A stretch of DNA of 64,000 bases, taken from NCBI GenBank assembly GCA_965220965.1, contig OZ244852.1, forward strand, positions 1,216,001-1,280,000, given 5' to 3'. Shown piece after piece: positions 21,001 to 25,637 of the stretch (its first letter is position 1; the number at the start of each line of letters is the position of its first letter). A model generated the notes under the pieces. It saw only the letters and a program-made list of their open reading frames with translations. It made no database searches and was not told the DNA's origin. Source of the DNA: Candidatus Marinacidobacterium sp. Its GTDB lineage: Bacteria > Acidobacteriota > Vicinamibacteria > Marinacidobacterales > Marinacidobacteraceae. Both the position numbers and the translations under genes were made by a program.

Positions 21001-22018
21001 CATCGGTGGCGAGAACTGGCTCATCGGGCTCGCCGGATCCCGGCAGACGGGGTCCGCGGACTACGCCTTCGCCGGAGAGAGCTCCGGAAGCGGGTCCATG
21101 GATCTCGAACTGAGCGCGATCTACCCCTACGCCAAGGTCACCCCGGTCGACGGGACCGAGGTCTGGGCGGCCGGCGGCATCGGCCAGGGCGGTCTGGAGC
21201 TGACGCGCAGTCTGTCCGGAGAGTCGAGCGCGGATGTCGAACTGACGCTCGGCATGCTGGGCGTCCGGCAGCGGGTGCGCCAGACGGCAAGCGGCGCGGA
21301 GATCGCGGTCCGGGCCGACGTGGGGATGGCGCGACTGGAGGCGGACGGCGCCGAAGGCTTCGCGTCCTCCCTGACCGGGGACGTCCGACGGGGCCGGGTG
21401 GGCCTGGAAGGCTCGCTGCGGCGGTCGATCGGGAACATGGTGATGCGGCCCTTCGCGCAGGTTGCGGGCCGCTACGACACCGGCTCCTCGGTCGAGGGCG
21501 GCGGACTCGATCTCATGGGCGGCTTCGACCTCGAGTCGCCGGGCGGCCGCTTCCGGCTCCAGGCGATGGGGCGCGTGCTGCTGGCGCACGACTCCTCCTA
21601 CCGGGAGACCGGATTCGGGGGCATGATCGAGCTGCGCCCGGCGCGGGACTCCGGAGAAGGCCTCTCGATGCGGCTCATGCCGCAGTTCGGGGTGGTCCAG
21701 TCCGGACAGACCATGTGGAACGAGCAGACGCCGCAGTGGTACGGCACCCTGCCGACGGGGGCGACGCCGCAGTCCGAGATGCAGCGGACACACGCCCTGC
21801 TCGAGTACGGCATCCCGGTGCGCGGCACGGTGGTGACTCCGTTCGCCGAGGCCATGACGGATCCGATGTCGCAGCGGATGCGCTTCGGCCTGCGGCACCG
21901 CCCGCCGGGCATGCTCGAGCGCTTCATCAACGTGGAGCTCTTCGCCGAGCGGACCCGGCTCACCGGATCCGAGCCGGTCCAGCACCGGTTCTTCCTCCAG
22001 AGCCTGATCCGGTTCTGA
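2..22018 (+). CDS. Giant FN3-repeat / cadherin-Ig-like surface protein (adhesin) with C-terminal autotransporter-like beta-barrel; 5'-partial
   Basis: Frame is open from base 2 to TGA at 22016-22018. It carries FN3 motifs (LxW..P...Y...GLTNGT.Y.FEVRAVN), NQPPTV...FxDPDG cadherin-like units, two putative-Ig (He_PIG-like) units, a poly-Gly linker, amphipathic beta-strands and a terminal Phe (LIRF). Confidence 0.93.
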   Translation, partial: FEVRAVNAGGNGAAAQVTATPNPPLPEAPGLTATPDDTKVTLNWTAPTNTTNIDKYQFQYRTSPSGAWVTWADVAGGGTASSQEVTGLTNGTAYDFEVRAVNAGGNGAAAQVTATPNPPLPEAPGLTATPDDTKVTLNWTAPTNTTNIDKYQFQYRTSPSGAWVTWADVAGGGTASSQEVTGLTNGTAYDFEVRAVNAGGNGAAAQVTATPNPPLPEAPGLTATPDDTKVTLNWTAPTNTTNIDKYQFQYRTSPSGAWVTWADVAGGGTASSQEVTGLTNGTAYDFEVRAVNAGGNGAAAQVTATPNPPLPEAPGLSATPDDTKVTLNWTAPTNTTNIDKYQFQYRTSPSGAWVTWADVAGGGTASTQEVTGLTNGTAYDFEVRAVNSGGNGAAAQVTATPNPPLPEAPGLSATPGDTKVTLNWTAPTNTTNIDKYQFQYRTSPSGAWITWADVAGGGTASTQEVTGLTNGTAYDFEVRAVNAGGNGAAAQVTATPNPPLPEAPGLSATPDDTKVTLNWTAPTNTTNIDKYQFQYRTSPSGAWVTWADVAGGGTASSQEVTGLTNGTAYDFEVRAVNAGGNGAAAQVTATPNPPLPEAPGLTATPDDTKVTLNWTAPTNTTNIDKYQFQYRTSPSGAWVTWADVAGGGTASSQEVTGLTNGTAYDFEVRAVNAGGNGAAAQVTATPNPPLPEAPGLTATPDDTKVTLNWTAPTNTTNIDKYQFQYRTSPSGAWVTWADVAGGGTASTQEVTGLTNGTAYDFEVRAVNAGGNGAAAQVTATPNPPLPEAPGLSATPDDTKVTLNWTAPTNTTNIDKYQFQYRTSPSGAWVTWADVAGGGTASTQEVTGLTNGTAYDFEVRAVNSGGNGAAAQVTATPNPPLPEAPGLSATPDDTKVTLNWTAPTNTTNIDKYQFQYRTSPSGAWVTWADVAGGGTASSQEVTGLTNGTAYDFEVRAVNAGGNGAAAQVTATPNPPLPEAPGLTATPDDTKVTLNWTAPTNTTNIDKYQFQYRTSPSGAWVTWADVAGGGTASSQEVTGLTNGTAYDFEVRAVNAGGNGAAAQVTATPNPPLPEAPGLTATPDDTKVTLNWTAPTNTTNIDKYQFQYRTSPSGAWVTWADVAGGGTASSQEVTGLTNGTAYDFEVRAVNSGGNGAAAQVTATPNPPLPEAPGLSATPDDTKVTLNWTAPTNTTNIDKYQFQYRTSPSGAWVTWADVAGGGTASSQEVTGLTNGTAYDFEVRAVNAGGNGAAAQVTATPNPPLPEAPGLSATPDDTKVTLNWTAPTNTTNIDKYQFQYRTSPSGAWVTWADVAGGGTASSQEVTGLTNGTAYDFEVRAVNAGGNGAAAQVTATPNPPLPEAPGLTATPDDTRVTLNWTAPTNTTNIDKYQFQYRTSPSGAWVTWADVAGGGTASSQEVTGLTNGTAYDFEVRAVNSGGNGAAAQVTATPNPPLPEAPDLTATPGDTKVTLNWTAPTNTTNIDKYQFQYRTSPSGAWVTWADVAGGGTASSQEVTGLTNGTAYDFEVRAVNSGGNGAAAQVTATPMLANQPPTVVGTGIDDQTVDEGGATTVVELAGAFSDPEGQPLTFTAVSSDTALATVAVTGSTLTITGVALGTATVTVTAADPENLSVTDDFTVTVEAVLPEAPGDFEATHGDTRVTLSWTAPTNTSQILYYEMRYGIWEPFEPGAWTRVPGDGGATGLEVTGLSNRYRYRFEVRAVNDAGRGPVASKTAHPLPLLPDAPTGFTADAGDAQVVLNWTVPTNTTEIDWMEVRYGKTSEGLDGRGWVILPGKPTKTTYTATGLENGEEYTFHVRAKNYIGWGPHASTTATPVLSAPDAPTGFTATPGDTEVSLSWTPPTNTSEIDDFQIRYRETSDTTTEGPWTTLAANVTSYTVIGLTNGTEYTFDVRARNTEGDSAPATTTGIPALNAPDAPGSFEAAPGDTKVTLSWTIPTNTSEIDSFRVRYRENAAPPNSGTWTTVDGAATSYEVPGLANWTFYRFEIQAVNTAGNSPIAWKTATPAAPTPDAPENLEARPGDTVVVLTWSAPANTNEPLIYTYRYKQSSAAQFGSWFPVGGVNPTERHVDGLTNGIEYTFEVRGSHFGGDGAAASVTATPTLALPPAPADLRATPGDTQVTLNWARTNASTEVDNFEVRHRGTGGWTAWTTVPGGEDARSTTITGLTNGVRYFFEVRSVNSRGNSAANTASAIPIPPLPDAPGSLTATAGDSSVSLSWTTPANTSSIDKYQVQHRTSPNGAWTTWTDVDGGGTASSHTVAGLTNGVPYDFAVRAVNSEGEGPAAEVPATPMNQPPTLDNPIADQSVTVGETTDVELANVFSDPGGQTLTLTALSRDTARATVVVNGTTLEITGVAVGTPTVTVTADDGEGGSVTDTFTVTVSPVIPAAPGLTATPDDTKVTLNWTAPTNTTNIDKYQFQYRTSPSGAWVTWADVAGGGTASSQEVTGLTNGTAYDFEVRAVNAGGNGAAAQVTATPNPPLPEAPGLSATPDDTKVTLNWTAPTNTTNIDKYQFQYRTSPSGAWVTWADVAGGGTASSQEVTGLTNGTAYDFEVRAVNAGGNGAAAQVTATPNPPLPEAPGLSATPDDTKVTLNWTAPTNTTNIDKYQFQYRTSPSGAWVTWADVAGGGTASSQEVTGLTNGTAYDFEVRAVNAGGNGAAAQVTATPNPPLPEAPGLTATPDDTKVTLNWTAPTNTTNIDKYQFQYRTSPSGAWVTWADVAGGGTASSQEVTGLTNGTAYDFEVRAVNAAGNGTAAQVTATPNPPLPEAPGLSATPDDTKVTLNWTAPTNTTNIDKYQFQYRTSPSGAWITWADVAGGGTASSQEVTGLTNGTAYDFEVRAVNAGGNGAAAQVTATPNPPLPEAPGLTATPDDTKVTLNWTAPTNTTNIDKYQFQYRTSPSGAWITWADVAGGGTASSQEVTGLTNGTAYDFEVRAVNAGGNGAAAQVTATPNPPLPEAPGLTATPDDTKVTLNWTAPTNTTNIDKYQFQYRTSPSGAWVTWADVAGGGTASTQEVTGLTNGTAYDFEVRAVNSGGNGAAAQVTATPNPPLPEAPGLSATPDDTKVTLNWTAPTNTTNIDKYQFQYRTSPSGAWVTWADVAGGGTASSQEVTGLTNGTAYDFEVRAVNAGGNGAAAQVTATPNPPLPEAPGLSATPDDTKVTLNWTAPTNTTNIDKYQFQYRTSPSGAWITWADVAGGGMASTQEVTGLTNGTAYDFEVRAVNAGGNGAAAQVTATPNPPLPEAPGLSATPDDTKVTLNWTAPTNTTNIDKYQFQYRTSPSGAWVTWADVAGGGTASSQEVTGLTNGTAYDFEVRAVNSGGNGAAAQVTATPNPPLPEAPGLSATPDDTKVTLNWTAPTNTTNIDKYQFQYRTSPSGAWVTWADVAGGGTASSQEVTGLTNGTAYDFEVRAVNSGGNGAAAQVTATPNPPLPEAPGLSATPDDTKVTLNWTAPTNTTNIDKYQFQYRTSPSGAWVTWADVAGGGTASSQEVTGLTNGTAYDFEVRAVNAGGNGTAAQVTATPNPPLPEAPGLTATPDDTKVTLNWTAPTNTTNIDKYQFQYRTSPSGAWVTWADVAGGGTASSQEVTGLTNGTAYDFEVRAVNAGGNGAAAQVTATPNPPLPEAPGLTATPGDTKVTLNWTAPTNTTNIDKYQFQYRTSPSGAWVTWADVAGGGTASSQEVTGLTNGTAYDFEVRAVNAGGNGAAAQVTATPALAVPGQPQNLTAAAGNAQVTLNWNAPTNTTEILRYEVRWRETRANTWANWTNVIGATTTTITGLNNGIEHIFQVRAVNSEGTGPHNSVTATPTLTKPEAPGGLTATAGDTEVTLTWTAPTNTNEIDGYEVRYREGAGTFEEWATVNGGASARTTTVTGLTNGIVHTFEVRAVNEIHDGDVASTTETPTLPKPDAPGNFNAAPGDTVVTLTWTAPTNASSITDFQVRHRQTSVTADGPWTILDATQTSFTVTGLTNGINYTFDIQARNASGESPVATDNATPALSRPDAPDLTATAGNATVTLRWTPPTNTTEITGYQVRYGPNGAFGTWADVNGGASARTTTIAPLTNDTTYTFEVRAVNTAGNGDAASVTARPRGPKQTTAPTNLQVTAASQRLNTTWNWSDDTGGVCVEGSTRDEYFRWELAYKKSSVTQWITGNDQTTNTADAGIFTLDGMSLRSFVINAMSQGVFTWETGVALDPVPYDVRLSAYAHSCATATDTPWSDWITVLGVPPVGSPTVQNPLADQALFVGDTTDLSLAGVFSDPAGQTLSLAATSDDPDTVRVSLTGTTLTVSGVAEGEATVTVRATDTDGLWAEDEFTVTVSTGLPDAPTGLAATPGDTTVTLNWTATTDATVTGFEVRYRETFGGSFRDWVPLIGANVTTYEFTGLQNRRDYTFEVSAVNARGRGPAASIRAIPVLPAPEAPTGFTATGGDAQVALSWTAPTNTSEIDRFEIRYRTASGTFGEWSTVDGDETSETVTGLTNGTAYTFELRAANDSGESPAVSATATPNLVAPEAPGNFTATAGVTRVSLSWTAPTNTSEIDRYDIRYRAGSGAFVPWIDVGTVTRREISGLINGTVYTFELRAVNTAGNSPTVSTTATPRGAKQTTAPTNLQVTAASQQLNVTWNWSDDTGGACVEGSGRTEYFQWELAYRKSSGTQWVTSAAQTPNTADAGIFTLQGMSRRNFEINTSSSGILPGETGVALDAVPYDVRLIAYAELCATPPDTPWSEWITVYGIPPVGSPTVENPIDDQTLAVGITTNVELAGVFSDPEGQTLNFGAVSSDIAKASVSLSGTTTLTVTGVAVGEATVTVTATDTGNLSVDDAFTVTVVSGAPTLDAAAGDTKVSLTWTPPANTTGISKYQYRYRKTAEATWTAWEDVNGGASAASQEVTGLDNGDEYTFEVRAVINGQNGLAASAPATPTLPTPAAPGSFAAGAGDTVVELSWTAPTNASSITDFQVRYWKTSETAQDNWATVTGGADATTTTITGLTNGTPYTFQVRARNSAGDGDPATATATPALAVPGAPTLTASAGDATVSLTWIAPANTTEIDSYEVRYQAGSGAFGPWDDVGTATSREVTGLTNGTEYTFEVRARNTTGPGASASAKATPTLATPAAPGNFNAAAGYAQVALSWTAPTNTSSITDFQVRYWKTSETAEDNWTTVNGGADATTRTVTGLENGTEYTFEVRARNTTGPGPAASARATPMNRPPVVDKEIDDQSVTEGESTEVSLDGVFSDPDPQTLSLSARSGDIGKATVAINGTTLTISGVAVGTPTVTVTATDPDGLSVDESFTVTVLPVLPDKPEPFTATPGDGNIRLEWTTPTNTTVTGFQVRLRRTGAPNWGPWSDQGLHTVLHVLELENGMGYDFQVRARNANGWGPPADANATPKDEPPIVANPIPDQTVVAGGTTDVALNRVFNDGGRDMTLTATSEDTTKVTVSLVEPTLTLFGIEATTGTVTVTVTARDSSDQTVSTEFEVTVTGVNQPPTVPNPIPDQTVTVGETATVSLDGVFNDPEGQTDRLTFAAVSADTTKATVTLSGTTLTISGVALGTSTVTVTATDPGGKSATDAFTVTVSPVNQPPTVVNQIPDQAVTVGATTTVSIDGVFDDPDGENANLSYSVESSDDALATVTLSGTDLTIRGVAVGTPTVTVTAEDSAGDSVTDTFTVTVSPANQPPTVVNQIPDQAVTVGATTTVSIDGVFDDPDGENANLSYSVESSDDALATVTLSGTDLTIRGVAVGTPTVTVTAEDSAGDSVTDTFTVTVSPANQPPTVVNQIPDQAVTPCRSVESSDDALATVTLSGTDLTIRGVAVGTPTVTVTAEDSAGDSVTDTFTVTVSPANQPPTVVNQIPDQAVTVGATTTVSIDGVFDDPDGENANLSYSVESSDDALATVTLSGTDLTIRGVAVGTPTVTVTAEDSAGDSVTDTFTVTVSPANQPPTVVNQIPDQAVTVGATTTVSIDGVFDDPDGENANLSYSVESSDDALATVTLSGTDLTIRGVAVGTPTVTVTAEDSAGDSVTDTFTATVSPANQPPTVDNEIPDQAVTVGATTTVSIDGVFDDPDGENANLSYSVESSDDALATVTLSGTDLTIRGVAVGTPTVTVTAEDSAGDSVTDTFTVTVSPANQPPTVDNEIPDQAVTVGATTTVSIDGVFDDPDGENANLSYSVESSDDALATVTLSGTDLTIRGVAVGTPTVTVTADDGEGGSVTDTFTVTVSPPNQPPTVDNEIPDQAVTVGATTTVSIDGVFDDPDGDNANLSYSVASSDDALATVTLNGTDLTIRGVAVGTPTVTVTAEDSAGDSVTDTFTVTVSPTSGPAGPNFQATIPNQTYTLNTAIAPLQLPAATGGVAPLTYSLNPTPPAGLSLDGQRRLTGTPTTPQAAIPYTWTATDADGATATLTFTMTVNVTTSPTGPSFTTTVPNQTYTQSAPIAPLQLPAATGGVAPLTYSLTPTPPPGLSINTGERRLTGTPTTPQGPITYTWAATDGAGDAAALTFTIGINAPTIPGGGGGGGGGTPGGDTPAPGTASIEGVRIVSSPPSGVWYGIGDQIVIGVTFSESVTVSGGQPSIGIQVGSRVRRAVYTGGSGGSELRFAWTVEAGLEDENGVSVTAGSLAGATLTSNGNDVPQDNPSLGDQAGHRVDGIAPSVEGFEFASRPSTTEGYRAGERIELDARFSEGVSVGGAPALLIDVGGVYREAGLLLSSAQTVRFGYVVSTTDWDENGVAIPANALQASSGAITDRAGNAPGASPARAADPAHRVRGLSPPALLNPLADLTLVAGAAAVDLDLGPVFGRADSYQAASSRPDVAEVSVTGATLTVRPLSEGSAEVVVAARNLAGTTEDRFTVTVTSDPAEVAAANAALGGFARGMLAGVSETLGRRLEQGPGASRLYLSGLQQTMGAEAGLSQLEERGGYGVRSLFLGREALGEDPTGFGGFDPIRDTFEIAPQMEAGAGDSGMRWGIWGAGTQSMFRGDAGGGTYDGTLLSPFVGLDIGGENWLIGLAGSRQTGSADYAFAGESSGSGSMDLELSAIYPYAKVTPVDGTEVWAAGGIGQGGLELTRSLSGESSADVELTLGMLGVRQRVRQTASGAEIAVRADVGMARLEADGAEGFASSLTGDVRRGRVGLEGSLRRSIGNMVMRPFAQVAGRYDTGSSVEGGGLDLMGGFDLESPGGRFRLQAMGRVLLAHDSSYRETGFGGMIELRPARDSGEGLSMRLMPQFGVVQSGQTMWNEQTPQWYGTLPTGATPQSEMQRTHALLEYGIPVRGTVVTPFAEAMTDPMSQRMRFGLRHRPPGMLERFINVELFAERTRLTGSEPVQHRFFLQSLIRF
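62..4621 (+). repeat. Tandem array 1: 16 complete 285-bp (95-aa) FN3 units, continuing upstream of the window
   Basis: Unit start ccgaacccgccgctgcccgag at 62, 347, 632 ... 4337, exact 285-bp period. Confidence 0.97.
7184..11173 (+). repeat. Tandem array 2: 14 x 285-bp FN3 units, same unit as array 1
   Basis: Unit starts at 7469, 7754 ... 10889, plus a first unit from ~7184; protein repeat essentially identical to array 1. Confidence 0.96.
12302..14255 (+). repeat. Two dispersed copies (~12302-12730 and ~13823-14255) of a ~143-aa two-cysteine FN3-like domain
   Basis: KQTTAPTNLQVTAASQ...WNWSDDTGGxCVEGS...YDVRLxAYAxxCATxxDTPWSxWITV occurs twice. Confidence 0.9.
16754..18967 (+). repeat. Tandem array 3: 8 cadherin/Ig-like units of 285 bp (third unit is 219 bp)
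   Basis: aaccagccgccg starts at 16754, 17039, 17324, 17543, 17828, 18113, 18398, 18683. Confidence 0.95.
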
Positions 22019-22089
22019 CCCGCGACGATCCCGCCGTGGCAGTCCGTCACCCGGGGGGCCTCCCGGCGTTCCCGCGGCCCGCTGATTTC

Positions 22090-22118
22090 TTGACCGTACC
22101 GAGGGGTGCGACTAGACT
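22090..22118 (+). promoter_or_regulatory. Sigma70-type promoter of the rplM operon
   Basis: TTGACC (22090-22095), 17-bp spacer, TAGACT (22113-22118). Confidence 0.75.
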
Positions 22119-22261
22119 CCCGGCTTCGGGTGGCGCCGCGGTTTCGCGGGTTCCGACGCCGAAGTTCGGAACTCCCCGGACCCCGGTCCGCCCGGCTTTT
22201 TTTATCGTCGCGCCACGTTCTTCCTGACCCCTTCCAACCCGACCGCTCCGAACCGACTCTC

Positions 22262-22720
22262 TTGTCCCGATCCGCAGGCACCACGTTCCTCCGGGCCGCC
22301 GAAGTTCGTCGGCGGTGGTTCCTGGCGGACGCCGGCGACGAGGTGCTCGGACGGCTGGCGACCCGGGTGGCGCGCGTCCTCACCGGAAAGCACAAGCCCT
22401 CCTGGACGCCGTTCCTCGACTGCGGCGACCACGTCATCGTGGTGAACGCGTCGCGGGTCCGTCTGACCGGCAGGAAGGAAGAGCAGAAGCTTTACCACCG
22501 GACGAGCGGGCGCCCCGGCGGGCTCAAGTCGCGGACCGCGGCCCAGGTGCGCAGCGCCCATCCCGAGCGCCTCATCGAGAGCGCGGTGCGCGGCATGCTC
22601 CCGAAGGGGAAGCTGGGCCGCGCGCAGTTCGGCAAGCTCAAGGTCTACTCCGGGACCGAGCACCCGCACGCGGCGCAGCAGCCGGAGCCGCTGCCTCCGG
22701 TCAACGTGGAGAGGGCCTGA
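22262..22720 (+). CDS. rplM: 50S ribosomal protein L13
   Basis: W..DA...LGRLAT.VA..L.GKHKP..TP..DCGD.VIVVNA...LTGRK; [10 protein letters not shown]; HPHAAQQP. Probable TTG start at 22262 (start uncertain). Confidence 0.95.
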   Translation: MSRSAGTTFLRAAEVRRRWFLADAGDEVLGRLATRVARVLTGKHKPSWTPFLDCGDHVIVVNASRVRLTGRKEEQKLYHRTSGRPGGLKSRTAAQVRSAHPERLIESAVRGMLPKGKLGRAQFGKLKVYSGTEHPHAAQQPEPLPPVNVERA

Positions 22721-23112
22721 TGCCGGCTCCCCTGGCCTACGGCACCGGCAAGCGCAAGTGCTCCATCGCCCGGGTCTACCTCCGCACCGGAACCGGCGAG
22801 ATCCTGGTGAACCACCGGAAGCTCGCGGACTACTTTCCCCGGGACACCTACCAGAACTGGGTGACGCAGCCCCTGCTCGCAACCGACCAGGGGAAGGCGG
22901 TCGATGTGGACGCCCGGGTGAAGGGCGGCGGGCTCTCCGGCCAGGCCGCGGCGGTCCGTCTCGGAATCGCCCGCGCGCTCAGCGAGAACGACGCCCGCCT
23001 CCGCCCGGAGCTGAAGCGGCGCGGATTCCTGACCCGGGACGCCCGGCGCAAGGAACGCAAGAAGTACGGGCAGCCCGGCGCCCGCAAGCGGTTCCAGTAC
23101 TCGAAGCGCTGA
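22720..23112 (+). CDS. rpsI: 30S ribosomal protein S9
   Basis: YGTGKRK.SIARV, GGGLSGQA.A.RLGIARAL, LTRDAR.KERKKYGQPGARKRFQYSKR; TGATG overlap with rplM. Confidence 0.97.
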   Translation: MPAPLAYGTGKRKCSIARVYLRTGTGEILVNHRKLADYFPRDTYQNWVTQPLLATDQGKAVDVDARVKGGGLSGQAAAVRLGIARALSENDARLRPELKRRGFLTRDARRKERKKYGQPGARKRFQYSKR

Positions 23113-23243
23113 GCGCGGTTCTTCGTCGGATGGCATCTCCCGGGGGCATGCGGCCCCACCGAGTCCCCTTCCCGGGGCCCGGATCGCTCCGACGGACCTT
23201 CTCGCCTACGGCGAGCCGCGGCTGAGAGAAGGCGGTCTTTCCC

Positions 23244-24092
23244 ATGGCGACCACCGTCACCATGAAGGACCTGCTGGAAGCAGGCCTCCATTTCGGCCAC
23301 GAGACGAAGTGGTGGAACCCGCGCATGCGGCCCTACATCTACGGGTCCCGCAGCGGCATCCACATCGTGGACCTGAACCAGACGCTGCCGATGTTCCGCG
23401 AGGCGCTCCACTTCGTCTCCCGACTGGGCGCGGAGGGCAAGACGGTCCTCTTCGTGGGCACGAAGCGGCAGGCGCAGGAAGTCATCGCCGCCGAGGCCTC
23501 CCGGGTGGAGGCCTTCTACGTGAACCACCGCTGGCTCGGCGGCCTGCTCACGAACTTCCGCACGATCCGCCGCAGCATCGCCCGGTTCCAGGAACTCCGC
23601 GAGCTGACCGAGAACGTCGGGCAGCGGGGCCTCTCGAACAAGGCCTGGTCGCGGCTGGAGAAGCGGCGCCGGCGGATGGAGAAGACCCTCGCCGGCATCG
23701 AGAAGATGGACCGGCTCCCCGACGCGGTCTGCATCGTGGACCCCAAGAACGAGATGATCGCGGTCCAGGAAGCGCGGAAGCTGAAGATCCCGGTCGTGGC
23801 GATCGTGGACACCGACTGCGACCCGGACCTCATCGACTACATCATCCCCGGGAACGACGACGCGCTCCGCGCCATCCGGCTCTTCGCCAACCTGATGGCA
23901 AGCGCCTACCACGATGGCCGCCAGTTGCGAGGGCTGACGCCCTTCGAGACGGAAGACGGGAGCGGAGACGAAGCCACGCCCGCCCCGCCGGAGAACGAGA
24001 CTCCCGGGGCTGCGGCGCCGCCCGCCGCCGCGCCGAGTGCGGAAGCGCCCGAGGCCCCCGCCTCCGCTCCCGCTCCGGAAGCGCCGTCCTGA
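23244..24092 (+). CDS. rpsB: 30S ribosomal protein S2
   Basis: LLEAGLHFGH...WNPRM, VLFVGTKRQA, RWLGGLLTNF, IPGNDDALRAI; Pro/Ala-rich tail. Confidence 0.97.
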   Translation: MATTVTMKDLLEAGLHFGHETKWWNPRMRPYIYGSRSGIHIVDLNQTLPMFREALHFVSRLGAEGKTVLFVGTKRQAQEVIAAEASRVEAFYVNHRWLGGLLTNFRTIRRSIARFQELRELTENVGQRGLSNKAWSRLEKRRRRMEKTLAGIEKMDRLPDAVCIVDPKNEMIAVQEARKLKIPVVAIVDTDCDPDLIDYIIPGNDDALRAIRLFANLMASAYHDGRQLRGLTPFETEDGSGDEATPAPPENETPGAAAPPAAAPSAEAPEAPASAPAPEAPS

Positions 24093-24147
24093 TTCCCGGC
24101 CAGCAGCCGCTGGCCATTCGCCGACTCCCCTGACAGGAGGATCCGAC

Positions 24148-24777
24148 ATGCCCGCCATCCCGGCCCGCGAGGTGAAGCGGCTCCGCGACCAGACCGGAGC
24201 CGGGTTCGCTGACTGCAAGGAGGCGCTCGTCAAGGCGGACGGGGACTTCGACAAGGCGGTTCGCCTGCTCCGGGAGAAAGGCGCGGCCGCCGCGGAGAAG
24301 CGCGCGGGACGCGCGACCTCCGAGGGCCTGATCCACGCCTACATCCACGACCGCCGGATCGGCGTCCTGGTGGAGCTCTCCTGCGAGACCGACTTCGTCG
24401 CCCGGAACGAGCAGTTCCGGAACCTGGCGAACGACCTGGCGATCCACATCGCCTGCAACTACCCCGCCCCCGCCCGCTGGGTGCGCCGGGAGGACGTGCC
24501 CGCCGCGCTGATCGAGGAAGAGTCGGCGCTGATCCGGGCGCAGCTCGCCAAGGATCCGAAGAACCAGAACAAGCCCCCGGCGGTCCTCGACCGCATCGTC
24601 ACCGGGAAGCTGGAGAAGTTCCTCGGCGAGCGGATCCTCCTCGAGCAGCCCTACGCGCTCGACGACACGAAGAAGGCAAAGGTCCAGGACCGGCTGATCG
24701 AGACCGCCCAGGCGACGAAGGAAAACATCCAGATCCGCCGGTTCGTGCGGTTCGAACGGGGCGAAGATCGGGGCTGA
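24148..24777 (+). CDS. tsf: Translation elongation factor Ts (short form)
   Basis: VKRLRDQTGAGFADCKEAL, ELSCETDFVARN, RRFVRFE.GE; AGGAGG SD before the ATG at 24148. Confidence 0.96.
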   Translation: MPAIPAREVKRLRDQTGAGFADCKEALVKADGDFDKAVRLLREKGAAAAEKRAGRATSEGLIHAYIHDRRIGVLVELSCETDFVARNEQFRNLANDLAIHIACNYPAPARWVRREDVPAALIEEESALIRAQLAKDPKNQNKPPAVLDRIVTGKLEKFLGERILLEQPYALDDTKKAKVQDRLIETAQATKENIQIRRFVRFERGEDRG

Positions 24778-24912
24778 CGCCCCTCGCTGGCGGTCCGTCC
24801 CGTAGGATTCGCGCAGGAAACCTCTCCTTCCACCGCCTCCGGACCGGAGGACGGCGCCGCCCGGCGCCGCCGCGCACCCGCTCCGGCGCGTGAAGGAGGG
24901 GCCGCAGGACAC

Positions 24913-25626
24913 ATGACCGGGACCCGACGCGTTCTCCTCAAGCTGTCGGGGCAGGCCCTGCGCGGGCCATCGCCGTCGGGGATCCACGCACCGTCGGTGC
25001 AGGCGATGGCGCGGACGATCGCGGAGATCCACCGGGGGGGGATCCAGGCGGGGTGCGTGATCGGGGGCGGGAACATCTTTCGCGGACTGGAAGCCGAGAC
25101 CCAGGGGATGGACCGGGTCCAGGCCGACTCGATGGGGATGCTCGCGACCCTCATCAACGCGCTGGCGCTCCAGGACGCCCTCGAGAAGCTCGACTGCACG
25201 ACCCGGCTCATGTCGGCGATCACCGTGCGGCAGGTCGCCGAGCCCTTCATCCGCCGCCGGGCGATCCGCCACCTCGAGAACGGCCGGGTCGTGGTGTTCG
25301 CCGCGGGAACCGGCAACCCCTACTTTTCGACCGATACCGCCGCCGCGCTGCGCGCCGCCGAGATCCACGCCGGGATCCTGATCAAGGCGACGCGCGTCTC
25401 GGGGGTCTACACCGGCGACCCGGAGCAGGACCCCGACGCCCGCAAGATCCCCCGGCTGACCTGGCGGGAGGCGATCCGGCGCGAACTCCGCTTTATGGAC
25501 CACACCGCGATCTCGCTCTGCAAGGAGAACCAGTTGCCCATCGTGGTCTGCCACCAGGACGACCTGGTGGCGGCCGCCCGGGGGGAGGACGTGGGCACCC
25601 TGGTCGGCTCGGCGCCGGGCGCCTGA
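24913..25626 (+). CDS. pyrH: Uridylate kinase
   Basis: LLKLSG.AL, GGGNIFRG, D.MGMLAT.INAL, GTGNPYFSTDTAAALRA. Confidence 0.96.
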   Translation: MTGTRRVLLKLSGQALRGPSPSGIHAPSVQAMARTIAEIHRGGIQAGCVIGGGNIFRGLEAETQGMDRVQADSMGMLATLINALALQDALEKLDCTTRLMSAITVRQVAEPFIRRRAIRHLENGRVVVFAAGTGNPYFSTDTAAALRAAEIHAGILIKATRVSGVYTGDPEQDPDARKIPRLTWREAIRRELRFMDHTAISLCKENQLPIVVCHQDDLVAAARGEDVGTLVGSAPGA

Positions 25627-25637
25627 AGGAGAACCCG

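Noticed and set aside
202-21985. Long alternative-frame ORFs (202-4773, 7324-12429, 15976-18636, antisense 13529-21985) and the many 71-92-aa antisense ORFs
   Set aside because: Shadows of a GC-rich repetitive gene: Arg/Gly-rich, repeating with the same 285-bp period, with no independent motifs.
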